A DNA stretch of 64,000 nucleotides from NCBI GenBank assembly GCA_964372245.1, contig CAYJQE010000002.1:206-64205 (forward strand), given 5' to 3'. The translations under genes and the position numbers were made by a program. The stretch is from an uncultured Candidatus Saccharibacteria bacterium (lineage in GTDB: Bacteria; Patescibacteriota; UBA1384; CAYJQE01). Of the stretch, positions 27,999 to 38,144 are shown in pieces (position 1 is the stretch's first letter; every line of letters starts with the position of its first letter). A model generated the notes under the pieces. It was not told where the DNA came from. It ran no database searches and saw only the letters and a list, made by a program, of their open reading frames with translations.

Positions 27999-29086
27999 AG
28001 ATTGCCGTCGCTCTCGGCACCCGGCCGGAAATCGTCAAGCTCTCGTCAATCATCAGAGAAGCCGAGTCCGATCGCTCGATCGATCTGGTCCTGATCCACT
28101 CCGGCCAACACTATTCTTATGAACTCGATCGGCTTTTTTTTCAAGAACTCGAGCTTAAACCGCCGCTCTACAATCTGGGAGTCGGTTCGTTGAGTCATAA
28201 TCTGATGACAGCCCGGATTTTGGAGCGGATCGAGCCGGTCTTGATTAAAGAGAGACCGGATCTGCTTATCGCTCAAGGCGACACAAACACGGTTTTGGCC
28301 TCGATTCTGGCCGCCCTAAAACTTGGAATCAAAACCGGCCATGTCGAGGCCGGTCTCCGATCTTACGACCGGAGGATGCCGGAAGAGCATAATCGCGTCG
28401 TCGTCGATCATCTGGCCGATTTTCTCTTCGCCCCGACCAGAGAGGCCGCCGCCTTGCTCGCGTCCGAGGGTTTGCCCTCGAAGCGGATTTTTATCGTTGG
28501 CAACACGATCGTTGACGCCGTTTTAGATCATCGAAAGCTTGCCCGAAAGAGGGCCTCGGTTTTGAAGCGATATTCGCTCGAAAAACCGTTTTTGCTGGCC
28601 ACCGCCCATCGGCCGGAAAATGTTGATCAGAAAAAGACCCTTCGGGAGTTGATCGGCCTTTTGGCTGGCGTCGCCGACGATCTCAAGTTGCCGGTTTATT
28701 GGCCGATCCATCCTCGGTCAAAAAAACAGCTCGAGACCTTTTCGCTTAAACTGCCGGGCTCGATCAAGCTCTTGCCGCCTCTTGGCTTTCTGGAATTTCT
28801 TTATCTCGAGCAGGCGGCGAGCCTGATTCTGACCGACTCGGGCGGGATTCAGGAAGAGGCCTGCATTTTAAAGGTTCCCTGTCTGACGATGAGAATCTCG
28901 ACCGAGAGGCCGGAAACGGTTTCGGTTGGGGCAAACAAAATTGTCGCGACCGATCAAGCTAAAGCGATTAAGGCGGCAAGAATAATGATCAAGAGACGAA
29001 GAACTTGGCGAAATCCCTTTGGTCGGGGCCAAAGCGGCAAAAAGATTCTTTCGATCTTAAAGCGAAAGCTCCGGCAAACCACCTGA
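27995..29086 (+). CDS. wecB: UDP-N-acetylglucosamine 2-epimerase (non-hydrolysing)
   Basis: 'MKIAVALGTRPEIVKL', 'HVEAGLRSYD', 'DSGGIQEEA' signature blocks. GTGA overlap with upstream GT4. Confidence 0.8.
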   Translation: MKIAVALGTRPEIVKLSSIIREAESDRSIDLVLIHSGQHYSYELDRLFFQELELKPPLYNLGVGSLSHNLMTARILERIEPVLIKERPDLLIAQGDTNTVLASILAALKLGIKTGHVEAGLRSYDRRMPEEHNRVVVDHLADFLFAPTREAAALLASEGLPSKRIFIVGNTIVDAVLDHRKLARKRASVLKRYSLEKPFLLATAHRPENVDQKKTLRELIGLLAGVADDLKLPVYWPIHPRSKKQLETFSLKLPGSIKLLPPLGFLEFLYLEQAASLILTDSGGIQEEACILKVPCLTMRISTERPETVSVGANKIVATDQAKAIKAARIMIKRRRTWRNPFGRGQSGKKILSILKRKLRQTT

Positions 29087-29107
29087 TCTGATTTGCTTTA
29101 AGGAGAG

Positions 29108-31426
29108 ATGATGGCTCAAAGGTCAAATCCGAGGCTCAATCGGCCCTGGCCTTCGCTGGTCTTCAAAGGGTTTAAGACGAAGGCTGGCCGAGAGTTGATC
29201 TTTGTCCTGATTTTTTTTCTCGTCTCTTTGATCCCGACCTTTGTCAATGTTTCAAAACTCGATCGGGGCTTTCTTTCGATCGTTGACGCCGGGATTCCCT
29301 ATTATCCGAAATCGGAGCTGGGCGATCTTTTTCAGGCAATTGACGGTCGGTTTGGTTATGGCTTCGAAAGAACCAACTGGCAGGTTTTCTCAAAAAGCTT
29401 GCCCCTTTTCGGTCTCGTCGGACTTTTTAAGAATCATGAGACGGCCATCAGACTCTTTTTTAGTCTCTTGATTTTTGGCGCGATCTCAAGCGGCTTTCTT
29501 CTTTTCCGGCGAGCGGTAAGACGGCCGGTTCTGGCCGCCGCCTTAGCCGTCTTTTACGGACTCTCGACTCAAGTCTTCTTCTGGCTTCTCTATTCGCCCA
29601 ATATCGCGCTCGCTTATGCCGCTCTGCCGCTTCTTTTTTACAGCTTTCTCGAGTTTCACGACCGCTTGAAGGCCGGCTTTCCGACTCGCCATTTTTTGAT
29701 CTTTGGCTTAAGTTTTCTCCTTCTTCTCTCAGCCGATATCTCGTATGCCCTGGTCGGCCTTTTGGGTTTTTTTATTCTAGCTCCCTTTGTGATCTTGGCT
29801 CGAGGCCGGGCCGAAATTTTAGTTCGTCTCAAGACCTCGCTTCTCGCCCTCCTTTTTGCCTTGAGTCTCGGCCTCCTTGTCGTTTCCGGCTTGCTCTCCG
29901 GCCTGATCTTTTCGGGCAGCAAAAGCTATATTAACGCCGATTATTCGGCCGAAGCGGTCGAGTTTTCGGCCACTCGAGCCGACATCTTTTCCTCGATTCG
30001 GCTTGGGAGCGGCGCCCTATATCCCTTCGCCGACCTTGATCCGAGACCGACTCGCTTTTACGAGCATCTGGCCGTCAAGGAGCCAAGCGTCGTGATGATG
30101 CTCGGTCTCTTTCTTTTGGCCATCTTCTTTCGTCCTCGATCGCCCCTTGTCCGGGCCGCGATGTTCTTGGTCCTTTTAGGCGGCCTCCTTTCGGCCGGTC
30201 GTTGGCTCCCGAACTGGCCGCAATTTTATCAAAAGCTTTATCAAATTCCCGGCCTCTACATCGTTCGAAATATGGTCAAATTTAACTTTCTTGAACTGCT
30301 TGGCCTGTTTATCGTCGGAGCCTTTGTTTTCGATCGGCTTCTCGACCGATTCGCGACGGCTAAAGAGCGATCTTCAAAACTGGCCGGCGGCCTTGTGCTC
30401 TCTCTCCTCTTCGCGCCTTTCGTCATCGGTTCAGTCGGTTTTCTCTTCAGGGACATGGCCGGCCTCTTAAAGTTCTCCCGGCTGCCGGCCGATTATCATC
30501 AGCTGAATTCACTCATCGCCAAGGACGAGATTTGGCGACCGAACGAGCTCTTTCTCGGCCGGGGTTTTCGAATTTTCTTCTATCCGCTGAAAAATCCAGT
30601 TGAGCCAGAAAAATATACTTGGAACAGGACTTACGGCACCCAAAAGCCCTTTCTCGCGACACTCCTTGACCGGCCGAATAATCTCGATATTCCGATTGAG
30701 CAGCACCCGCCCTCGATTGACATCTTTAATATGCTCGGCGATCAGTTTTTGGAGGATCGGGTCTTAACCTTTTGGCGGGCGCTCGGCAATTTGAGCTATC
30801 GCTATCTGGTTTTTCGGAAAGACGTGCCCAAAGAGCTTGAGAACGGGCAGTCGGTCGAGCGGGTGAGAGACGGCCTTTTAACTCTCGACTCGGCTGGCTT
30901 CAAGCCCTTTTTTCAATCTGACAATCTGATCGCTTTTGAGACGCCGAGCCGGTTACTCCGGCCGATCGCTTACGCCGAGGGCGGTCGGATAGTTAAGGCT
31001 TCAAAATCATTTCATCGGTTGTCGATTGCCCCCGATTGGCGGGAAAATAGCGGCCGAGTGGCGGCCGTCATCAACTCCAACCGAGTTGATCGCTGGCTCG
31101 CTCACAAGCCCCGATTCTCGGGTCGGATGGGGGCTTGGCTGGCCGATCGGAACGCCCTGCTTTTTGGTGTTTCACTGATCCGGAATAGGCCCGATTCTCA
31201 AGCCTGCGAGGCCTATCTTGATCTGATCCACCATCGCGATCTCTCGGTCGGCAACTGTTTGGTCTTTGGCGCTTCGGCTGACGGCAATAATCCCGAGCTG
31301 ATCTTGGTCGAGCCGCTGGCCGATTATCTGACCCGCCAGATCAAATATCTCGCTCTCCTTCTGGCCGGCCTCCTCTTCCTCCTGACAAAAAAGGGGTCAG
31401 GAGCCTTTTTTTTTCGAAACTCTTAA
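29108..31426 (+). CDS. YfhO-like/GT-C-type polytopic membrane protein (772 aa), divergent paralog
   Basis: N-terminal ~10 TM, extracytoplasmic C-terminal domain, C-terminal TM anchor 'IKYLALLLAGLLFLL' plus basic tail. Same architecture as the three larger paralogs. Confidence 0.45.
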   Translation: MMAQRSNPRLNRPWPSLVFKGFKTKAGRELIFVLIFFLVSLIPTFVNVSKLDRGFLSIVDAGIPYYPKSELGDLFQAIDGRFGYGFERTNWQVFSKSLPLFGLVGLFKNHETAIRLFFSLLIFGAISSGFLLFRRAVRRPVLAAALAVFYGLSTQVFFWLLYSPNIALAYAALPLLFYSFLEFHDRLKAGFPTRHFLIFGLSFLLLLSADISYALVGLLGFFILAPFVILARGRAEILVRLKTSLLALLFALSLGLLVVSGLLSGLIFSGSKSYINADYSAEAVEFSATRADIFSSIRLGSGALYPFADLDPRPTRFYEHLAVKEPSVVMMLGLFLLAIFFRPRSPLVRAAMFLVLLGGLLSAGRWLPNWPQFYQKLYQIPGLYIVRNMVKFNFLELLGLFIVGAFVFDRLLDRFATAKERSSKLAGGLVLSLLFAPFVIGSVGFLFRDMAGLLKFSRLPADYHQLNSLIAKDEIWRPNELFLGRGFRIFFYPLKNPVEPEKYTWNRTYGTQKPFLATLLDRPNNLDIPIEQHPPSIDIFNMLGDQFLEDRVLTFWRALGNLSYRYLVFRKDVPKELENGQSVERVRDGLLTLDSAGFKPFFQSDNLIAFETPSRLLRPIAYAEGGRIVKASKSFHRLSIAPDWRENSGRVAAVINSNRVDRWLAHKPRFSGRMGAWLADRNALLFGVSLIRNRPDSQACEAYLDLIHHRDLSVGNCLVFGASADGNNPELILVEPLADYLTRQIKYLALLLAGLLFLLTKKGSGAFFFRNS

Positions 31427-31480
31427 CCGGCTTCGGTCCCTCTTCACCTTAAGAGCCCGAAGGGTTAGTCTGGGTGGGTA

Positions 31481-34400
31481 ATGGGGGCAAGAAGGATCGA
31501 AAGCTTGGCTCGCTTGGGCGGGTTTTTTCAGCTCTTAGTTCGAGAGTGGCAACGGCTTTCAGGTTCTGGCAGGGCGATTCGGCTCTTTCTTGTCCTGACC
31601 TTTCTTTCAAGCTGGCGACTCCTTTTTTCCGGCGGAACCTTGGGCCTTCGTGACGACTGGGCGATACCGCCTCTGCCCGAGCAAAATATCATCCAAGTCG
31701 TCCGAAATATCTTCCAACCTTGGTTGCCGAACTACCTCGGCTATAGCCAGCCTCGTCAAGTTGGCAACTATGTTGATATTATCCTCGGCCTGTTCTCCCA
31801 ACTTTTTCATTTCGGCGGAGCAATCTATTCACGTTTTCCGATAATTTTCATTTTTCTCTCCGGCTATCTGATGTGGCGGCTTTTGCGGTCGATCAAACGA
31901 TCGGAAACGGCCAGCCTGATCGGCGGCAGCTTCTATATGCTCACCCCCTTCGTCTTCAACACCTTGATCTCCGGTTATGCCAAGTTTTCGATCTCCTACG
32001 CCTTTTTGCCGCTCCTTTTTGAGCTTTACCTTGAGCTGGTTTCGGCCAAAAAACTCGCCCTTCGTCGTCTTTTGCTCCTCGGTCTAGCGATGGGTCTGGT
32101 TGGGACGCAACTCAATTTTCTCGTGCTCGGTTTTGGTCTGATCTCGGGCTATTGGCTCTTTGAGCTGATTCTTCGGCTAATCTCAAGAAAGAACCCGGTT
32201 AATCTTTTTCTTCGCCACATCCTCCTTCTTTTGGTCGCGCTCTCGGGCGGCCTGATTCTCCAATCCCATCTTTTGGTTGAGCTTTTAGGCTCGCTCTTCG
32301 GTTTCTCGAACTCTCAATTGACAGCCGATTTTAGGGAGACGTTTAACTCCTCCTGGTTGGCTCTTAAGGGCTCAAATTTGATCGAGGCCATCTCTCTTTT
32401 CGGCGGCGGCTACAGCTACTTCGAGCGAACGGCCAGAGCTTTGCCCCTCTGGGACGTAGCTCGTCTCTTTTTGCCGATCTTGGCCGCGCTTGGTTTTCTC
32501 TTCCGACCAAAAGATCGCCTCAATCTCTTCGCCCTGCTTTGCGGCCTTGGCTCGATCTTTCTTTTGAAGGGCGAGAATCCGCCCTTGGCCGGATTAAACC
32601 GCTGGCTCTTCGAGCAGGTCTCGGCCATGGTCGTGATTCGAAATCTTCTCTACGTCACATTTATTGGCGCTTTGGCCTATGCTATTTTGATCAGTTCATT
32701 CGTTGACGGCGCCTTGATTCGCTGGCCGGCAAGACGGAACTTGATTGCCGCCATCTCTCTGGTGGCGATAATTCTTGCCGAGTGGCCGATGCTGACCGGC
32801 AATTTCGGCGGCCAGATTAGAGCCTATCGAGTTGAGGAAGACACGACCTCGAGCTTTAGAGAGCTCCTTTCCGAGTCCGGAGACTGGCGGCTTTTAGAGC
32901 TGCCTTTTCATCAGCCGATGACCTACTTTGATGAAAATGGCAACACGAGCTTTCCGGGCGACAACCCATTCGTCGCCTTCTCGCCAAAACCGGCCCTCTG
33001 GATGGGAGTTTTCGGCGCCGGATTCCCGCCTTTCAACGCCTTTATTTCGAATCTGATGAATCATGGCTTGACGTCCAAGTTTGGCCGAGCCCTCTCGCTT
33101 GCCAATGTCAAAAAGGTCCTTTTTGACCGTCATTTTCAGTCAAACTATCCGGGTTTTGTCGTTTCCGAACAACATCCTTGGCTTGGCTTCGCGATGAACA
33201 ATCGGTTCGTTTCGAATTTTTTGGGGAAACAGTCCGATTTGAAGCTCTCTTCAGAAAAGGGCCAGGTCTCAATTTATGACAACCAGAGCTTTCTCGAATC
33301 TCGCCGTCTCAAGCTTGAAAAAACAATGCCTCTGGTCGTTGGCGACTACCTGACAGCTCACAAAATCGAGGGAGTTTCGACCAAGGGTCGGTCGCCAGTC
33401 TTTGCCTCTCAAGTCAGCTTGGACGAAAATCAATCGGCTCTCTCGGCGATTGGCGAACTCTGGCTTGACTCAAATGAGAGCGAAAGCCTTTTTGAGGCCT
33501 TTTTGCCGAAGAGAACGAAAATTGATCCAGCCAACTTTGTCGGGTCAAACGACTCCGACGCCCATAATGGCTTTCGAGCGACTTATCGAAATGAGTGGTG
33601 GTGGCTTGAACCGAAGATAGCCGGTCTGGAAAATAGCATTCTGACCTTTGCCAAAGATCGTTTTTCTCTCCCGATCGAGGTTGAGACGGCGGGGAAATAT
33701 CATATTTTGGTCAAGCCGTTTTTGAGCGAACGGGGCTCGAGACTTCGGTTCTCGCTGGCCGACAACTCGCCGGTTGAGATCTCGACCCGGTCGGCGTTCG
33801 AGACCAACTATCGCTACTTCGATCTTGGCCAATTCGATCTCTTGGCCGGCCAAAATTCTTTGGTTTTCGAAAGCGATGGCTTGGGCCTAAACGCAATCGC
33901 GAGAGTGATCGTAGTTTCTGAAACCGACCTTCTTGTGGCCAGGCGGCGAGCGGCCGATCTGTTGAATGAGCGAAATCTGACTCTGCTGGTTGACAATTTT
34001 TCCGAAACCGGCTCGACTCGCCAGATCAGCCTTTCCGCCTCGGGCGATTACGCGGTCGAGATTATGGGCAGAAAGGGCTTCCGTTATAAACTTTTAATTG
34101 ACGGCCAGCCAGTTTTTGGCGGTCAGCTTAAAGCCGATGGTCAAAATCCAGCCGGCAAGGTTTTTCTCTCGGCCGGTCGTCATAAGCTTGAGCTTGTGCC
34201 GGAAGTGATCGAGGTCGAGGTCCTTGACGACCCGTCTTTTGAGGTCGGTCTCTGGGGCGGGGCCAAGGATTCGAACATCGGATTGCCGACGCCGCCCGAT
34301 TTCTCGGCCAATCGGTCGTCAGACCGAACGGAGGGCGAATTTTCGGTCGAGCTCGAGTCGCGATCGCACATTGCCAACATTCATCAGACGTTGTCCGATT

Positions 34401-35272
34401 TTGACGAGAAAGCGGTCTATCGAATTAGCTTCGATTACAAAAATGTTGCCGGCAATCCGCCGGCCTTTGCCCTCAAAGAAGAGGGATCGGAGCTCATCAA
34501 ACCCTATGATTTTTTGCCAAAATCGAGCAGCTGGCAACGTTATGAATTTATCTGGCGACCCTCGCCCGGCGCGACCGGTGGCACCCTTCACTTTTTTGCC
34601 CATCCGACCGAATCTGGCGGTCAGACGATTAATCGCTATGACCGGGTTTCGGTTATCAAACTTCGTTCAGCCGAGAGCCTGATGCTTCATCGCCGAACCA
34701 GCCAGCTTTCAGACCCCCCGGCCTCGACCGATCTTACATTCGAGACCCACTCGCCGACCAAATATCGGGGGCAGATCGCCGAGCCGGGTTTCTTGGTCTT
34801 TAACGAGGCCTTTGATCGAAGATGGCGGTTAAAGATCAACGGTCGGCCGATTGATCCCGAAAACCAGTTTAGGGTTTTCGGTTTCGCCCAGGCTTGGCCG
34901 GTCACCTCGGCCGGTGAGTTTGAGCTTGAATATCGTCCGGCCTCGCTCTTTCGAATCGTGAGTTATCTAGCCACGATTTTGACCTTTCTCGGCTTCGGCC
35001 TTTTGCCGGACTGGCGGGGCTGGTTCAGGCGAGTTGTCGTCCCGGTTACGAAGCGACAGAGGAAAAGGCTTTTCAACTGGCCAGGATTGTTGAGACGGAT
35101 GATCAATGATCGGCCGGCGGTTGTCTTTGCCTTTTTAGCCGGCCTCTTTGTCCTGCTTGAAGGCAGCCTTTTAAAATCGAAAGAGAGTTTTCTGATGGCG
35201 ACCTTGAGCCTGACCGCCGCGGCGATAACTCTTCTGATCAAAATCTTTAAGGATGGCGATGAAGAATCTTGA
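31481..35272 (+). CDS. Giant YfhO-like/GT-C-type membrane glycosyltransferase candidate (1263 aa)
   Basis: 'GGTLGLRDDWAIPP' first-loop motif (DD), multi-TM N-domain, and blocks shared with the 1150-aa paralog. C-terminal 'FNEAFDRRWRLKINGRPIDPENQFRVFGFAQAWP...EFELEYRPASLFRI' plus TM anchor resembles YfhO C-termini. Confidence 0.6.
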   Translation: MGARRIESLARLGGFFQLLVREWQRLSGSGRAIRLFLVLTFLSSWRLLFSGGTLGLRDDWAIPPLPEQNIIQVVRNIFQPWLPNYLGYSQPRQVGNYVDIILGLFSQLFHFGGAIYSRFPIIFIFLSGYLMWRLLRSIKRSETASLIGGSFYMLTPFVFNTLISGYAKFSISYAFLPLLFELYLELVSAKKLALRRLLLLGLAMGLVGTQLNFLVLGFGLISGYWLFELILRLISRKNPVNLFLRHILLLLVALSGGLILQSHLLVELLGSLFGFSNSQLTADFRETFNSSWLALKGSNLIEAISLFGGGYSYFERTARALPLWDVARLFLPILAALGFLFRPKDRLNLFALLCGLGSIFLLKGENPPLAGLNRWLFEQVSAMVVIRNLLYVTFIGALAYAILISSFVDGALIRWPARRNLIAAISLVAIILAEWPMLTGNFGGQIRAYRVEEDTTSSFRELLSESGDWRLLELPFHQPMTYFDENGNTSFPGDNPFVAFSPKPALWMGVFGAGFPPFNAFISNLMNHGLTSKFGRALSLANVKKVLFDRHFQSNYPGFVVSEQHPWLGFAMNNRFVSNFLGKQSDLKLSSEKGQVSIYDNQSFLESRRLKLEKTMPLVVGDYLTAHKIEGVSTKGRSPVFASQVSLDENQSALSAIGELWLDSNESESLFEAFLPKRTKIDPANFVGSNDSDAHNGFRATYRNEWWWLEPKIAGLENSILTFAKDRFSLPIEVETAGKYHILVKPFLSERGSRLRFSLADNSPVEISTRSAFETNYRYFDLGQFDLLAGQNSLVFESDGLGLNAIARVIVVSETDLLVARRRAADLLNERNLTLLVDNFSETGSTRQISLSASGDYAVEIMGRKGFRYKLLIDGQPVFGGQLKADGQNPAGKVFLSAGRHKLELVPEVIEVEVLDDPSFEVGLWGGAKDSNIGLPTPPDFSANRSSDRTEGEFSVELESRSHIANIHQTLSDFDEKAVYRISFDYKNVAGNPPAFALKEEGSELIKPYDFLPKSSSWQRYEFIWRPSPGATGGTLHFFAHPTESGGQTINRYDRVSVIKLRSAESLMLHRRTSQLSDPPASTDLTFETHSPTKYRGQIAEPGFLVFNEAFDRRWRLKINGRPIDPENQFRVFGFAQAWPVTSAGEFELEYRPASLFRIVSYLATILTFLGFGLLPDWRGWFRRVVVPVTKRQRKRLFNWPGLLRRMINDRPAVVFAFLAGLFVLLEGSLLKSKESFLMATLSLTAAAITLLIKIFKDGDEES

Positions 35273-38009
35273 TTATAGTGGCTGGCCCGGTCTTTTGAGA
35301 ACGAAGCTCAAAAGTTGGTTTAAGAGCGATCGGTTAAAAATTGGCCTTTTCTTTCTCTTTTTGGCGATTCTTTTCAGTTGGCCGCTCCTTGGTCGGCCGG
35401 GCCTGATCGGCCTTCGTCACGACTGGTCAATTCCGGTCTTTGATCTCGATTACTTTCTCTCGCTTGGCGGTTCGGCTTGGACCAAGGAGAACCTTGGCCA
35501 CTCAAGGATCTTTGGTTCGATCTATCTCTTTGATTTGGCCTTTGGCTTGCTTGGCCTGATCGGTATTAACGGCGCCCTTCTCTCAAAAATTCTTCTTGTC
35601 GCAAGTCTGACGGTTGCCGGTTTCGGCGGCTTTTATCTCGCCAGTCAGCTCGGTCTCTCGCTCCTGCCAGCCGCGATTTCCGGTTGGCTCTATCTCGCCT
35701 CGCCGATTCTTTTTGACAAGTTGACCGCCGGCCAGCACGGCTACTTCTTGGCCTACGCTCTGGCCCCTTATTTTCTCGGTCTGGTTGATCGGTTTTTGGT
35801 CGGTCGGAAACCGAGACTTAGCCAGCTGCTTTGGCCGGCGTTCCTGTTCGCTTTGATCGCCGGCCAGCTCCAATTTTTAGCGATGGCCTCAATCGCTTCC
35901 TATCTTGTCTCGGCCCGATTCGGTTTTCGACGATGGCTTTGCCTCTATCTGAAGATTGTCGGCCTCTCGGCGATTTTTATGCTCCCTTGGCTGACGTTGC
36001 TCTTCCTGAACCGGGGGGCGGTCAGCGATTTGGCCGGTGGGGCGACCAGTCTTTCTTGGCTGGCCGGTCTCTCCTCATCGCTCTTTGACAGTCTTCAGCT
36101 CACGACTACGGCTAATCCCTACTTTGTTAAGGTCGCCTCGGAGTTCAATTTCCTCTGGCCGGCCAGTTTTCTCCTGGTCGGGAGCCTGTTCGGACTGGTC
36201 TTAGGGCCGAAAAAGCGCGTTCTGCCGATCGGTTTACTGCTTCTTATCGGCATCTTTTTGGCTAAAGGCACCTACCCGCCGCTTGGCGGAATCTACTCTC
36301 GGGCGATTCAAACTCTGCCTTACCTCGCGAGTTTTAGAGAGGTGAGCCACTGGCTCTTCCTGCCGACCCTGGCCGCCGTTCTCCTCTTCGCTTTCTTTGT
36401 CTCGCGGATCATTGAAGCTCGAAACCGGAGCCTGATCGTCTCTTCAAGCTTGATTATTCTCGGTCTTCTCTGGTATAGCTGGCCCTATCTTTCAGGCGGT
36501 CTCTCGCGAGAACTCCAGGTCTTCAATCCCCTGCCGGAATACAAACGTTATTACTTTGAACAGGTCAGGGGAGAGGATCGGACCCGGGTTTTTTATCTCC
36601 CGAGCTCCAAAAAGACCCATTTTGCCGGTTTGGCCCATGCTGGCGCCGATCCGTTTATTCTCGGTTCGAAAAAACCGGCTTTGGCCGAGGAGGGCAATAT
36701 TATCTCGACCGCCGATCCGAGCACGGCCTTTCGAAATTTTCTTCAAAACGAGCTTCAGCTCGCGCCGCTTGAAGAGGCGAAAAAGAGTTTTCAACCGCTC
36801 CTTTCCTTGGCCGATATTTCGGCGGTCAATTTGAAAACTCGAGCGACCGATGATTTTCCGGCCTATTCTTTTCTCCGACACCATCCCGAGAAGGCGAGAG
36901 TCTGGGACATGGCCTATCGCCTAGAGCGACTTAACGAACTTTTTAAGCCAAGTCAAAGACGGCAACTTGGCTCGCTTCTCGTTTACGAAATCGACAATCG
37001 CTCGAAAAAATTTCGTTTTGCCACTCGACCGGTCTTTACGACCGGCGGTCGAGAGATTTTGAGAGATAAACAATATGACGCGGTTTTCTTTGCTTATCAG
37101 GTTAATCGATCCGAGCTTTCAGCGATCAAGCCGACAGTCGAGAGCTCGACGGCCGAGGCTTGGGCGCTGGCTCAAGCGCCGAAAGACCGGGCGTTTGAAC
37201 TTTCGGAGCTGGCCAAAAGGACTGTTTCGGCCGACGAGGGCTTTATTCCGGGTCATTACTATTGGTGGTATGATCGGGCCTTCAGCGAAATTGTTGAACC
37301 GTTCGTCGTCAGTTTTTCAGACGACTCGCTTCGCTTCGATCTCTCTCCCGGCCAAGGGCCGGAGAATCTTTTAATTAAATACCTGGCCTGGCCGGAAGGC
37401 GGCGAGATCAAGATCAAAATCGGTCAAGAGACGAAAACTCTTTCGACCAAAGCCCAAGAAAAAGCTTGGCGAGTTCTCGATCTCGGACCGGTTGAGGGCT
37501 TGAAAGATCAATCGCTAAAGGCTGAAATTTCAGTCTCGGGCGGGAAAAACGCGATCGCCCGATTGGCTCTTGTCGACCAAGCGGAGATCGAGAAAGGCCG
37601 CGAGGCGGGAGCCGGCTCGCTGGCCAAGAATCTTGATCCGGCCGGATTGGGAACGCTCGCCGACCGGTCGCAAGAGCCGGAAGTTGAGGTTCTTCGGTCA
37701 AGTTTGACAAAATACACAATCAGGACCAAAACAGTAAAACCCTTCTACCTGATTTTTTCCGAGTCCTACCACCCGGGCTGGCGGCTTATCGGCTCGGCTG
37801 GCCAAGAGCTTAAGCCGATTATGGTTGATTCCTTTGCCCAAGCCTACCCGATCTCCGATCTTTCCGAGCAGACCTGGCGGCTTGAGTTTCTGCCCCAGAG
37901 GGCCTACCGGACCAGCCTCTTAATCGCGCTCGCGGCTCTGACTGTAACGGTCGGTCTTCAGATCGGTTCAAGATTCCGCTTGAAGAAATCGAAAACCGAA
38001 ATTAGCTGA
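35253..38009 (+). CDS. Giant YfhO-like/GT-C-type membrane glycosyltransferase candidate (918 aa)
   Basis: 'GLIGLRHDWSIPV' loop motif, and C-terminal 'FSESYHPGWRLIGSAGQELKPIMVDSFAQAYP...WRLEFLPQRAYRTSLLIALAAL' plus TM anchor. Overlaps upstream paralog by 20 nt. Confidence 0.6.
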   Translation: MAMKNLDYSGWPGLLRTKLKSWFKSDRLKIGLFFLFLAILFSWPLLGRPGLIGLRHDWSIPVFDLDYFLSLGGSAWTKENLGHSRIFGSIYLFDLAFGLLGLIGINGALLSKILLVASLTVAGFGGFYLASQLGLSLLPAAISGWLYLASPILFDKLTAGQHGYFLAYALAPYFLGLVDRFLVGRKPRLSQLLWPAFLFALIAGQLQFLAMASIASYLVSARFGFRRWLCLYLKIVGLSAIFMLPWLTLLFLNRGAVSDLAGGATSLSWLAGLSSSLFDSLQLTTTANPYFVKVASEFNFLWPASFLLVGSLFGLVLGPKKRVLPIGLLLLIGIFLAKGTYPPLGGIYSRAIQTLPYLASFREVSHWLFLPTLAAVLLFAFFVSRIIEARNRSLIVSSSLIILGLLWYSWPYLSGGLSRELQVFNPLPEYKRYYFEQVRGEDRTRVFYLPSSKKTHFAGLAHAGADPFILGSKKPALAEEGNIISTADPSTAFRNFLQNELQLAPLEEAKKSFQPLLSLADISAVNLKTRATDDFPAYSFLRHHPEKARVWDMAYRLERLNELFKPSQRRQLGSLLVYEIDNRSKKFRFATRPVFTTGGREILRDKQYDAVFFAYQVNRSELSAIKPTVESSTAEAWALAQAPKDRAFELSELAKRTVSADEGFIPGHYYWWYDRAFSEIVEPFVVSFSDDSLRFDLSPGQGPENLLIKYLAWPEGGEIKIKIGQETKTLSTKAQEKAWRVLDLGPVEGLKDQSLKAEISVSGGKNAIARLALVDQAEIEKGREAGAGSLAKNLDPAGLGTLADRSQEPEVEVLRSSLTKYTIRTKTVKPFYLIFSESYHPGWRLIGSAGQELKPIMVDSFAQAYPISDLSEQTWRLEFLPQRAYRTSLLIALAALTVTVGLQIGSRFRLKKSKTEIS

Positions 38010-38107
38010 TTCTTGGTCCGATCTTTACCGCCTGTCTTTTGACTCTTAAATCACTTACGGCGCGAGCCGCTAAGCCCGCCCGCCCGCCCGTGGGTTGACA
38101 CCTTTTT

Positions 38108-38142
38108 AAGCCCCGCCAAAAGCTCTCTTTTTGGCGGGGCTT
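38108..38142. terminator. GC-rich hairpin between convergent genes (putative terminator, no classical U-tract)
   Basis: AAGCCCCGCCAAAAG-CTCTC-TTTTTGGCGGGGCTT inverted repeat. Preceded by a (GCCC)4 microsatellite at 38074-38090. Confidence 0.45.
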
Positions 38143-38144
38143 GG

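Noticed and set aside
38074-38090. (GCCC)4 microsatellite next to the convergent-gene hairpin
   Set aside because: Too short to call a functional repeat. Probably incidental GC-rich intergenic sequence; noted only as part of the terminator region.
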